A stretch of 64,000 nucleotides of DNA from a bacterium (GTDB lineage Bacteria > UBA8248), in contig CBDBEV010000001.1 of the NCBI GenBank assembly GCA_965204535.1, positions 1,504,001-1,568,000 on the forward strand, read 5' to 3'. Shown in pieces: positions 19,609 to 28,282 of this stretch (its first letter is position 1; every line of letters starts with the position of its first letter). The notes under the pieces were generated by a model that saw only the letters and a program-made list of their open reading frames with translations, had not been told where the DNA came from and did no database searches. The position numbers and the translations under genes are program-made.

Positions 19609-20323
19609 CGCGCGCCTCCGTCGTGTAGGTTTCATGCACCGCCACAAGGAGGCGTCCGCCGGATGGCCCGCTTGCTTGCAAAGACCGCCACAGGGCGGCA
19701 GCGCCAAGCTCGATACTCTTCATGAGAACCTCATGGTCCGGTTCCGCCTTCGTCTCGTATACGCGCGCCGTGAAGCGCCGCCCGCGCCAGGTTGCCAGCA
19801 GCGTAAGCCCGTTCCGCCGCGGTGATTCATGCGGCGTCTCAACCACGTAGCCGGGAGGGACTTCGTGCAGCGCCACGGCGCGCACGAGCGCAGCGAGCGT
19901 CTCCACGCGGCCACCTCCCGCTATCGGACCTTCCGTCAGTGGGGTCGCGGCGGCGTTTCGGATCAGTATCTGCGCTGAATCGCGCGCGGCCGTCCTGAGC
20001 GAGAGTTTGTAGGTGAAACCCTTCGCCGTCCCGATGAAAAGCGTCACTGGCGCGGGGTCTGCACTTGCGCGCTTCAGGGGCCGCAGGTAGAGGTCCCCTC
20101 GTGCCGCATCGTGTTCCACCGCGAAACCCTCCGCTCCCCGGACCACGCGTGCGACCCGGTCGTCCGCCAGCGTTATCCGGCTCACCGCGCGGTCCGAGAC
20201 CACCGCCACGAGTTCGGCATGGTCGGCGGCTTCGAGTATCTGCATCGCCACTGCCGGAGTTGCACAAAACAGAAGCACCGCGAGAAACGATGCAGTGAGA
20301 CTCATCGAACAATTCCTCGTCAT
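19598..20323 (-). CDS. traK: Secretin-like TraK
   Basis: Signal peptide; SRITLADDRV, GDLYLRP, TLFIGTAKGFTYKL; lies between traE and traB. Confidence 0.85.
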   Translation of the reverse strand: MTRNCSMSLTASFLAVLLFCATPAVAMQILEAADHAELVAVVSDRAVSRITLADDRVARVVRGAEGFAVEHDAARGDLYLRPLKRASADPAPVTLFIGTAKGFTYKLSLRTAARDSAQILIRNAAATPLTEGPIAGGGRVETLAALVRAVALHEVPPGYVVETPHESPRRNGLTLLATWRGRRFTARVYETKAEPDHEVLMKSIELGAAALWRSLQASGPSGGRLLVAVHETYTTEARDER

Positions 20324-20877
20324 TTCGTATCCTCCATCTCCTCGAAGCGGAGCAGGCCGATGCGGCCCGCGTCCACGCGGAAGGAGAGCCGGTAGCGCTT
20401 TCTCTCTCGCGATATGCGTTCCCTTCCCATCCAGGTCGCGAGCTCTCCGCTCACGAAGACGCTCATTCCCTCGGTGTCCGCCTCGACCCTTCCGGGGTAG
20501 AAGGCGGTCGAGAGGTCGCGTCCCTTCATGCGCGCGGCCTCCGCCGCCACCCATGCGCCTATCGCGCCGCGGGCTGAAGCGTGACTCATCCGCGCCACGG
20601 CTTCTCTGGCTAGTCCTGCGTTCTCGGGCGTGAGGGTGAGGAGCGTCACGGCGACGGTGCGGCCCACGTCTTCGAGATACCGCGCGCCCGTCCGTCCGCC
20701 GCCCACCTCCCATGCAGGCCCCGCAACGGCGGGTACCAGCACCGTCGTCCGCTCGACCGATGCGAGGCCGGCGCTCAGCGTAACGTTGGCCAGAAGCGAG
20801 AGGCCGAGCAGAACAGCCAGCGCCGCACGGCCGTCCCTGACACGGCGGCGCTCAGTTTCCATGAGTTCTCGTTTCAT
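20320..20877 (-). CDS. traE: Pilus assembly protein TraE
   Basis: N-terminal TM, TVLVP, YLEDV, LTLTPEN; lies between traL and traK. Confidence 0.85.
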   Translation of the reverse strand: MKRELMETERRRVRDGRAALAVLLGLSLLANVTLSAGLASVERTTVLVPAVAGPAWEVGGGRTGARYLEDVGRTVAVTLLTLTPENAGLAREAVARMSHASARGAIGAWVAAEAARMKGRDLSTAFYPGRVEADTEGMSVFVSGELATWMGRERISRERKRYRLSFRVDAGRIGLLRFEEMEDTK

Positions 20878-20887
20878 GTGCGTTTCC

Positions 20888-21181
20888 TCATCCGGTGAAG
20901 CGGCGCAGGTGGCTCGGCGGCGCGGCCTTGAGACCAAGCGCAAAGCCGGGCAGGAACCAGTAAAGGGCGCACAGCGCCGTATCGGCCCCGCCGCCCCTCT
21001 TCGCGCGGCGAAGCAGCGCCCAGCCGCCGAGTCCCGCGACGAGTCCCGTCACGAAGGCGTTCGCCGCAAGACCCAGAAGCACGGGCGCCAGGAGCGCCGC
21101 CGCCTCATCGAGCGTCCAGAACAGCCACCTCTCGGGATCGTCCAGACGCGCGGGAATCGCGTGTTTCGCCTGATCGTTCAT
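20888..21181 (-). CDS. traL: Pilus assembly protein TraL
   Basis: IPARLDDPERWLFWTLDE, LYWFLP, PPSHLR. Confidence 0.92.
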   Translation of the reverse strand: MNDQAKHAIPARLDDPERWLFWTLDEAAALLAPVLLGLAANAFVTGLVAGLGGWALLRRAKRGGGADTALCALYWFLPGFALGLKAAPPSHLRRFTG

Positions 21182-21190
21182 CTCCCCTCC

Positions 21191-21487
21191 TCACACGATC
21201 GCCGTGCCCACGAGGCCGGTCACGACGCCCGTGCCCGCGCCCGCCGCAATGCCCACCCCCACTGCGCCCGCGATCTGCGCCGCGTTGAAGCGAAGCACCG
21301 AACCCACGAGCGCCGCGCCCACCGCGAGCGCGGCAGCCAGCTGTCCGCCCGTGCCCGAGACGATGTCCGTCACCGTGCCGAGCGGACCCGCAAACGTCGT
21401 GTCCGTCGTCGCGAAGACAGCCTCCACTTCACACAACGTCCAGACGAACGCCGCGAGCAGATGCTTTCCCCTGAAATACGTTCTCAT
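21191..21487 (-). CDS. traA: Conjugative pilin precursor (TraA-like)
   Basis: 98 aa with a leader, ATTDTTF, and two Gly/Ala-rich hydrophobic helices; immediately upstream of traL. Confidence 0.7.
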   Translation of the reverse strand: MRTYFRGKHLLAAFVWTLCEVEAVFATTDTTFAGPLGTVTDIVSGTGGQLAAALAVGAALVGSVLRFNAAQIAGAVGVGIAAGAGTGVVTGLVGTAIV

Positions 21488-22224
21488 CACGCAACCCTCC
21501 TTCCGTCGTCCGAGGTGGAGGTCCGCCTCCGCGCAGCGGCCCAGGCCTCGAGGTCCGCGAGCAGGTAGCGCACCCGCGAACCGAAACGATGAAACGCAGG
21601 CCCCGCCCCGCTCACGCGGTATCGGTCCAGCGTCCTCGTCGAGAGGCCCAGCCACTCCGCCGCCTCCCGCGTGCTCAGGTAATGCTTGCCGTTCTCGTTC
21701 ATGTACATCTCTCCTTCTGTCTCGGTCCCGCCACTCGGGACCCCTGTAGTCTGCGGGCAGGACGCCGCCCGCAGGAAAGGTTTCATACCGGCCGTATCCG
21801 CCACCCGGCCGCGGATAACCTGCAGCTCCTCTTCGCTCACGTGCGAAGCCATCCAGGTGCGCACTCGCTCAATCGTCGCAAGCCGCGGCGAATACCCGCG
21901 GCGCAGTTTCCACACGAAGGAAGGACTGCCCGTGGCCTCCTCGCCAAGCACCCGCGGCTTGGTCCCCGTCAAGGCCATAAACGCCTCGACCTCGCTCCTG
22001 AAGGCCGGTCCCAGCGGCGGAGCCCCCATGAAGGCGAGCACCCGGTCCGCCGTCTTCATCCCCACGGAGCGTCCCCGGCGCAATTCGTCAACGAAATCCG
22101 GGTCTCCGAGCGCGGCCCTCCCGAGATATCTCGCACTCACGCCGTGGCGCACGCACCACGCGGCAACGCAGCGGTTCAATTTGTCGACCAGGGGCATCTC
22201 TGTGTGGTGAGCGAGTGTTTTCAT
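21487..22224 (-). CDS. DNA-binding regulator: two tandem Cro-like HTH repeats plus C-terminal excisionase/AlpA-like HTH
   Basis: Repeats (LGRAALGDPDFVDELRRGRS / LGEEATGSPSFVWKLRRGYS); C-terminus YLSTREAAEWLGLSTRTLDRYRVSGAGPAF..FGSRVRY; first gene of the tra operon. Confidence 0.8.
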   Translation of the reverse strand: MKTLAHHTEMPLVDKLNRCVAAWCVRHGVSARYLGRAALGDPDFVDELRRGRSVGMKTADRVLAFMGAPPLGPAFRSEVEAFMALTGTKPRVLGEEATGSPSFVWKLRRGYSPRLATIERVRTWMASHVSEEELQVIRGRVADTAGMKPFLRAASCPQTTGVPSGGTETEGEMYMNENGKHYLSTREAAEWLGLSTRTLDRYRVSGAGPAFHRFGSRVRYLLADLEAWAAARRRTSTSDDGRRVA

Positions 22225-22480
22225 GTGATAAATATATATGAATATAAATATTATTATCAATAACTAAATATATCTAGTTTCCTGCGATTTTTTGCCACCT
22301 CCAGTCTCATCTGCGAACGGCTGCGCAGGGGTATGGCAAAAAAAAGTGATTTTCTTCCACAGCGACGGCGTGTACGGGAGCGAGGCGAAGCCCCGCGACT
22401 CCGTACGGGAGAGGAGCTGTCGCTTGAACCCGGAAAGACAGGCATCCCGATAAACGAATATAATACGAAAATAAACGAAC
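22225..22480. promoter_or_regulatory. AT-rich divergent control region for the tra operon and ParB cluster
   Basis: Very AT-rich block at 22225-22280 in otherwise very GC-rich DNA; phased ACGAA repeats at 22454, 22465 and 22475. Confidence 0.5.
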
Positions 22481-22870
22481 CGCAACACAGGTCCATGCCG
22501 GGAAACCTGATTGCCTGAAATTCACGGGCACGCCGCGCGGCATCACGGGAAAAACGGATTCCGCCGATGACGGCCAGAAGGGTGGAATCGGGGTGAAGAC
22601 TTGACCTGGGGGCCACAGGTCATCGAAAGCTGCGCACCCTCCGGCCGGGATTCCACCAACCCGCACCCTCTCCAAACCGCCTAAAACCGGCCCGTAGCCT
22701 CCGTTGCGTGGTTCAATCGACGCTGAACGCAGGCGCCCCAGGAATCGCTCGTATCTCCTGCAACTCGCCTCTCACCGCCGGGAGGCCGAGCCGGGCGGGG
22801 CGTGGGCGAGGCCGGGAGACTCGAGAGCGTTCCCGGCACGTTCCCATCCCATCCACAGGAGGAAATTCGT

Positions 22871-25105
22871 ATGGCTCAGGCTGAACCGCTTATCCGTTCC
22901 ATCCCGCTCAACCGGCTGGAGCTCGCGCCGGAGAACGTCCGCAAGACCCCGCCCGACCCCGCCTTTTTCGCGGAGCTCAAGGCCTCCATCACGGCCCACG
23001 GTCTGATGAAGAACCTGGTCGTCAGGACAGAGGACCCCGGCGGTGACCCCGGATCGGGTCCGGAGCAGGCTCCGGCCGAGCACTATGCCGTGGTCGCCGG
23101 CGGACGCCGCCTCGCCGCCATGAAGGCCCTGGCGGAAGAAGGCGTCCTCGACGCGGACCACCCCGTGCCCTGCCGGGTAATCGGCGCGTCGGAGAACGCG
23201 GAAGAGTTCTCCCTCGCCGAGAACGTGGTGCGCGTCGCCATGCACCCCGCGGACCAGGTCGTCGCGTTCGCGAAGATCGCGGAGGCAGGGGTATCCGTAT
23301 CCGCCATCGCGGCGCGCTTCGGCGTCACGGAGCGCCTGGTCGAGCAGCGCCTGAGTCTCGGGGGCGCCGCGCCCGAACTGCTCGACGCCTACCGGGCCGA
23401 AGAGATGGACCTGGACACCCTCAAGGCCTTCACGGTCACGACCGACCACGCCCGCCAGATGGCGGTCTGGGAACAGGTGAAGGAATACGGCTACGGGCCC
23501 AGCGGCTGGCAGGTGAGGCGCATACTGACCGAGGAGAACGTCCCCGCCGTAACGGCCGTGGCGCGCTTCGTGGGCGAAGAAGCCTACGAGGCGGCAGGGG
23601 GTACGCTCACGCGGGACCTGTTCGCCGAAGAGGACGCCCGGGGAATATGGTTCGACGACCCCGTCCTCCTGAACGAGCTCGCGACGGAAAAACTCCGCGC
23701 GGCGGCGGAGGAACTGAAGAAGCGCTGGAAGTGGGCCGAGGCGGTGGTCGAGGCCGACTGGAGCGCGATCTCGGGCTTCGGGCGAATCCACCCCGAACCG
23801 GGCGCTCCCACCGATGAGGAGAAGGCCGAGCGGGAGAGGTTGTGGGCCCGCCACGATGAACTCGTGAACACGGACGAGGACGACTGGACCGACGAACTCG
23901 GCCAGGAGGCCGAAGCGCTCGAGGCGCGCCTGCGCGCGATCGAGGAGGCCGTGAACGCGCGGGCCGCCTATCGCGAGGAGGATTTCAAGGTGGCGGGCTG
24001 CATCGCCACCGTCGGCCACGACGGCGCGCTCAAGGTCGTCGAGGGCCTCGTGAGGCCCGAGGACATGCCCGAGCGCACGGAGGCGGGCGAGGCGAACGGC
24101 GCCGGTCCGGGCCGCGTGGACGCGCCGCTCGCGGCGCCCCCCGACCCGCGCGCGAAGGTCCGCAAGGAGACGGGGATCGGGATCGGACTCGCCGACGATT
24201 TGCGCGCCGTCCGCACGACGCTCGTCAAGGCGCACCTGTCGGGGGACTTCGAGGCGGCCTTCGACCTGACGCTCTTCCAGTTCGCCTGCGCCGCGTTCGC
24301 CAATGACCACATGGCGGGCGCCCTCGACATCGCCTTCCGGGAGACCGCCGACCGGCCGCCCGCGCGGACGGGCGACGAGGACTTCGCCGCCTGGAGTCTG
24401 GGCGAGGCCATGCTGGCGGAACGTCCGGACCTCTCCCTGGCCTGGATGGAGAACGAGGACGAAGACGCCGCCTTCGCGGCGATGCGGGCGCTGCCCCAGG
24501 CGGAGAAGCAGGCCATCTACGCGGCGGCGGTGGCGCGCTCGCTCAAGGGACAGCTCGCCTTCGAGCCGGACGCCCGGCCCGTGCTAGAAGCCACGGTCGC
24601 CAGGCTCGATATCGACTTCGCGAAGCACGTGCGTCCTTCCGCCGCGATGTTCTGGTCGCGCATCACGAAGGACCGCATCCTCGCCATAGCGCGCGCGACG
24701 CTGGGGCCCGTCTGGGCCTCCGCCCGCGCGAAGTTCAAGAAGGCCGACCTGGCCCTGGCGATGGAAGAAGCCTTCGCCGCCGACCCGCCCGAGAATCTGA
24801 CCCCGAGGGTACGGGCCGTCCTGGCCTGGACGCCGCCGGGGTTCGCGCCCTTTGATGCGGGCCTGGTGGGAGAGGCCGTGGAGGAAGACCCGCCGGCCGA
24901 AGAACCCGGACCGGAAGCCGTCGATGAAGAGGCCTCCGGTGCCGGCGGCGGCGACGCCCCCGCGGGGGGGGAACTCGCCCGGGCGGTCGACGCGATGAAC
25001 GCGGTGCCCACCGCGGACGGGGGTCCGAGGGTAATCGTGCACGGGATCGATCTCGCAAACGGCCAGGGCGGCGAGGAGAACGACGTCCCCGAATTCCTGC
25101 GCTGA
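22871..25105 (+). CDS. ParB/Spo0J-like nuclease-domain protein of conjugative leading regions
   Basis: IPLNRLELAPENVRK, ELKASITAHGL, VVAGGRRLAA, SLAENVVR..MHPADQ. AGGAGG RBS before ATG 22871. Confidence 0.9.
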   Translation: MAQAEPLIRSIPLNRLELAPENVRKTPPDPAFFAELKASITAHGLMKNLVVRTEDPGGDPGSGPEQAPAEHYAVVAGGRRLAAMKALAEEGVLDADHPVPCRVIGASENAEEFSLAENVVRVAMHPADQVVAFAKIAEAGVSVSAIAARFGVTERLVEQRLSLGGAAPELLDAYRAEEMDLDTLKAFTVTTDHARQMAVWEQVKEYGYGPSGWQVRRILTEENVPAVTAVARFVGEEAYEAAGGTLTRDLFAEEDARGIWFDDPVLLNELATEKLRAAAEELKKRWKWAEAVVEADWSAISGFGRIHPEPGAPTDEEKAERERLWARHDELVNTDEDDWTDELGQEAEALEARLRAIEEAVNARAAYREEDFKVAGCIATVGHDGALKVVEGLVRPEDMPERTEAGEANGAGPGRVDAPLAAPPDPRAKVRKETGIGIGLADDLRAVRTTLVKAHLSGDFEAAFDLTLFQFACAAFANDHMAGALDIAFRETADRPPARTGDEDFAAWSLGEAMLAERPDLSLAWMENEDEDAAFAAMRALPQAEKQAIYAAAVARSLKGQLAFEPDARPVLEATVARLDIDFAKHVRPSAAMFWSRITKDRILAIARATLGPVWASARAKFKKADLALAMEEAFAADPPENLTPRVRAVLAWTPPGFAPFDAGLVGEAVEEDPPAEEPGPEAVDEEASGAGGGDAPAGGELARAVDAMNAVPTADGGPRVIVHGIDLANGQGGEENDVPEFLR

Positions 25106-25127
25106 ACCGCATCCCCGTTCAATCACG

Positions 25128-25162
25128 GCGCCCCGCGGCATTTGCTGCGGGGCGCTTTTTTT
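25128..25162 (+). terminator. Intrinsic terminator after the ParB-like gene
   Basis: GCGCCCCGCGGC / GCTGCGGGGCGC stem followed by T7. Confidence 0.8.
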
Positions 25163-25190
25163 CGTTTTCACGTCTAGAGGAGTCCACGAC

Positions 25191-26900
25191 ATGAACGACA
25201 CACCGAATGTTTCACCGCACCCCGGTCGGATCCGCGCCCGGATCCACGAGGGCGCCCTTCATCGCGTCACGAGGATGTACACGGCGCGTCTCGCCGACGT
25301 CTTCACCGAGGCGCTCCAGAACAGCCGCCGCGCGGGGGCGACGCGCGTCCGCGTCGCCATCGAGGAGGCGACAGGCGCGCAGGCCGTCACCATCACCGAC
25401 GACGGGGCCGGGATCGCCGATCCCGCCGTGCTCCTCTCCTTCGGTGAGAACGGCTGGAGCGAAGAACTGGTGAGGCGAGAGGACGCGGCCGGGATGGGGT
25501 TCCTGAGCCTGTCGCGCCGCGGCTGCACGGTCGCTTCGAGGACGCGCTCGGGCGCCGGCTGGCGCGTCGAACTCACGCCCGCCCACTTCCTGGGAGAGGC
25601 GGAGGCGATAGTCGTCCCCGCCGAGGAGGCGCCCCGTCCCCACGGGACGGAGGTGCGCTTCCGTACGGAAGAGAACCGAGAGGTTATCCGGCGCGCGCTC
25701 GAGAACGTGGCCCGGCACTACCCGCTCCCGGTCGCACTGGACGGCGGACCCCTCCCGCGCCGGGATTTTCTCGAAAACGCCGTCCACACGGAGTCCTGGC
25801 GAGGGCTCGCCTTCGGCGTCTTCGCGGACAGAAGCCGCTACCGCGACGAACCGGACCTGAACTTCCACGGCCTGGTCCTGCCCGTGCGCCTGCCCACGGT
25901 CCACCCCGTCGACGGCCCCGCCTGGTCGGTACGCGCCGAGGTCGCGAACTGCCCGGAACTCGAACTCGTCCTGCCGGCCCGCAAGGAGGCGGTCGAGACG
26001 CCCTTCCTCGAAGACATGCGCGAGGCCGCGCGGATCGCTATCTACCGGGCGATGGCCAGGGCCGGGACCGCGCCGGTCATCGCATTCGAGGAGTGGCGGC
26101 GCGCGCGTGCGGCCGGGGTCGAACTGCCGGAACCCTCGCCCGCGCTGCGCCCCTGGCGGCCTCCCATCGCCGATATCGACAACTGGCTCGCGGGACCCTC
26201 GTCCGAACCCCTGCCCGAAGACGCGCTCCTGATGGATACGGAACTCGGACCCCCCGAAGCGCAGGCGCTCTGGCGCGCGGCGGAGCGCGGCGGTACGGCG
26301 CCGCGGCTCTTCGAAGCCGACCGCAGGTTCGAGGGCTACCCCTGGTACGACGCGCTCCCGCGCGTCAAAGACGTCCGCACCGATGTCGCGCTCGGCGGCG
26401 AGGCCCGTCCGCTTGAGGATTTTCAGACCCCGCCGGATGGCTCCGGTCCGGGCACCGAGCCGCCTCCGCGCCCCGATGCGATCCGCATGCGTCTCGACGT
26501 CGAGGGCCCGGAGGGTGCGAGCGAGACCCTGGCGCTCGACGCCGACCTCGCCTTCGCGGGAGAGGCCTGGGCCTGGCTCGCGGACGTGGAGCCGCTCGTG
26601 ACGGCGGGGAGCGCCATCGAGCCGGCCGAACTCGCCGACGTCCTGCGCGACGCCTGGTTCTCGCCGTCAGACGAGGCGGACGCCGACAGCTGGGAGACGC
26701 AGCGCGCCCGCTTCGAGGAAGAAGCCCTGCACCTGGCGATCGGCATTTTGTGCTCGGAAGAGGAGGCGCTCAGGCGCACGATCGCCTGCGCGGTGCGGCG
26801 CGAACTGTTCTGGCTCATTCCCAAAGACCGCGCCGTCAACATCATCGTGCGAGGCGGTGCAGTCGGAGTCGACCTGGCCGAAGAGGAGGTTTCTCCATGA
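25191..26900 (+). CDS. GHKL (HATPase_c-like) ATP-binding protein
   Basis: FTEALQNSRRAGAT (N box), TDDGAGI (G1), AGMGF (G2), HGTEVRF. Confidence 0.8.
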   Translation: MNDTPNVSPHPGRIRARIHEGALHRVTRMYTARLADVFTEALQNSRRAGATRVRVAIEEATGAQAVTITDDGAGIADPAVLLSFGENGWSEELVRREDAAGMGFLSLSRRGCTVASRTRSGAGWRVELTPAHFLGEAEAIVVPAEEAPRPHGTEVRFRTEENREVIRRALENVARHYPLPVALDGGPLPRRDFLENAVHTESWRGLAFGVFADRSRYRDEPDLNFHGLVLPVRLPTVHPVDGPAWSVRAEVANCPELELVLPARKEAVETPFLEDMREAARIAIYRAMARAGTAPVIAFEEWRRARAAGVELPEPSPALRPWRPPIADIDNWLAGPSSEPLPEDALLMDTELGPPEAQALWRAAERGGTAPRLFEADRRFEGYPWYDALPRVKDVRTDVALGGEARPLEDFQTPPDGSGPGTEPPPRPDAIRMRLDVEGPEGASETLALDADLAFAGEAWAWLADVEPLVTAGSAIEPAELADVLRDAWFSPSDEADADSWETQRARFEEEALHLAIGILCSEEEALRRTIACAVRRELFWLIPKDRAVNIIVRGGAVGVDLAEEEVSP

Positions 26901-27379
26901 AAAAGACCTGGACCGTCCGCTGCGGATACGCGGCCCGCTTCGCCGATTCGTTCACCGTGGAGGCGGAGACCCTCGAGGAGGCGCTGGAGAAGGCCGTCGA
27001 GAACGCCCATGCGGACCGGGGGGCGATCGTTCGTTGCCGCAGGGTTTTCGTGGACGACATCCGGGAGGGCGCCGACTCCTGGGACCCGGACGCGGAATGG
27101 CCGGTCCCCGACCGGTTCACCGAGCGGGGCGAGCCGCCGGTCATCACCCTGACCGATCCCGGCCGTGCGGGCGGCGGCGCCGTCGAGGTGTCCCGGGGGC
27201 GGGTCCTGCTCCGCTTTGAGACGCCCGAGGCCACGATCACCAGCGAGCTATCCGATCCGCCCCACCCGCCCCGCAACAAGCCGCTCGTGACGATCCGCCG
27301 CCGCCCGGACGGCGCGCCGCCCGACGTCACCGTTACCGGGGGCCGGGCGAGGATACGGGTTCTCGGCTACCCGGCCTGA
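26897..27379 (+). CDS. Hypothetical protein
   Basis: GAGGAGG RBS, ATGA coupling to the upstream gene; 160 aa. Confidence 0.65.
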   Translation: MKKTWTVRCGYAARFADSFTVEAETLEEALEKAVENAHADRGAIVRCRRVFVDDIREGADSWDPDAEWPVPDRFTERGEPPVITLTDPGRAGGGAVEVSRGRVLLRFETPEATITSELSDPPHPPRNKPLVTIRRRPDGAPPDVTVTGGRARIRVLGYPA

Positions 27380-27437
27380 CTGTACCGGAATCCCTTCGTT
27401 CTTTCCGTTTCCCTCTTTCACGTAAAGGAGAACGCCG

Positions 27438-27812
27438 ATGGAACTCGTCACACCGGAACAACGCGAGCAATTGCTCGCGAACGGCGCCAGGCGCGGCGCG
27501 GATCACACGCCTGTGGTCAAGCTGTTCAACCCCTGCGGCGCAGGGACCTGGCTCGTGACCGAACTCGACCCCGAGGATGAGACCATAGCCTTCGGGCTCG
27601 CGGATATCGGCACACCGGAGATCGGGAGCTTCAGCCTCCAAGAGCTGGAAGCCTTCAAGGGACCGTTCGGCCTGGGGATAGAGCGCGATCTTTATTTTGA
27701 GGCGAAATACACCCTCTCCGCCTACGCCGAGGCCGCCCGCGCCGCGGGCCGGATCGTCGAATACGGCCCTGTGCTCGACGCCGCCGGTCGCGGGAAGGCC
27801 GTCGCCGGCTGA
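27438..27812 (+). CDS. DUF2958-like protein
   Basis: PVVKLFNPCGAGTWLVTELDP, FGLADIGTPEIGSFSL.EL, IERDLYF; AAGGAG RBS. Confidence 0.88.
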   Translation: MELVTPEQREQLLANGARRGADHTPVVKLFNPCGAGTWLVTELDPEDETIAFGLADIGTPEIGSFSLQELEAFKGPFGLGIERDLYFEAKYTLSAYAEAARAAGRIVEYGPVLDAAGRGKAVAG

Positions 27813-27847
27813 CCAATCCGTTTCCCGTACACATTCTGGAGAAAGCC

Positions 27848-28165
27848 ATGCCCGACACCGAAGCCCGGACTGCGGCCACACACCCCATGGACCCCCGGCG
27901 CGGGGAGAGCCTCTCGCCCATGTTCGCGGCCTTTCTCTGCTGGCTCCTGGAGCTGCCGCCCGTGACGAAGCCCGCCATCACGGGCGTCATGGTGGCAGGG
28001 GACAGCGTCCTCGCGGCCACGGACGCCGATCCCTTCTTCAACGCCCATCTCGGGAGCCTCGCGGAATTCGAGCGCAACCTCAGGGGCTGGGGCGAGGCCT
28101 GCGGCGCCGACGCCGCCATGATCGAAGGCCTCGTCACAAAGCTCCGAAGCGCCGGACGGACCTGA
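27848..28165 (+). CDS. Hypothetical protein
   Basis: GGAG RBS, co-oriented in the cluster; 105 aa. Confidence 0.6.
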   Translation: MPDTEARTAATHPMDPRRGESLSPMFAAFLCWLLELPPVTKPAITGVMVAGDSVLAATDADPFFNAHLGSLAEFERNLRGWGEACGADAAMIEGLVTKLRSAGRT

Positions 28166-28282
28166 CCCTGGTTCACACCGGGTAGAGGCCGAGAGAGGCC
28201 CGGCCGGGGCGTTCCGGGAGGTCCCGGGGGAGCTATCCCCCGGACGGCCTCCCTCATTCCCACGACATCCGAGGAGAGAGCC

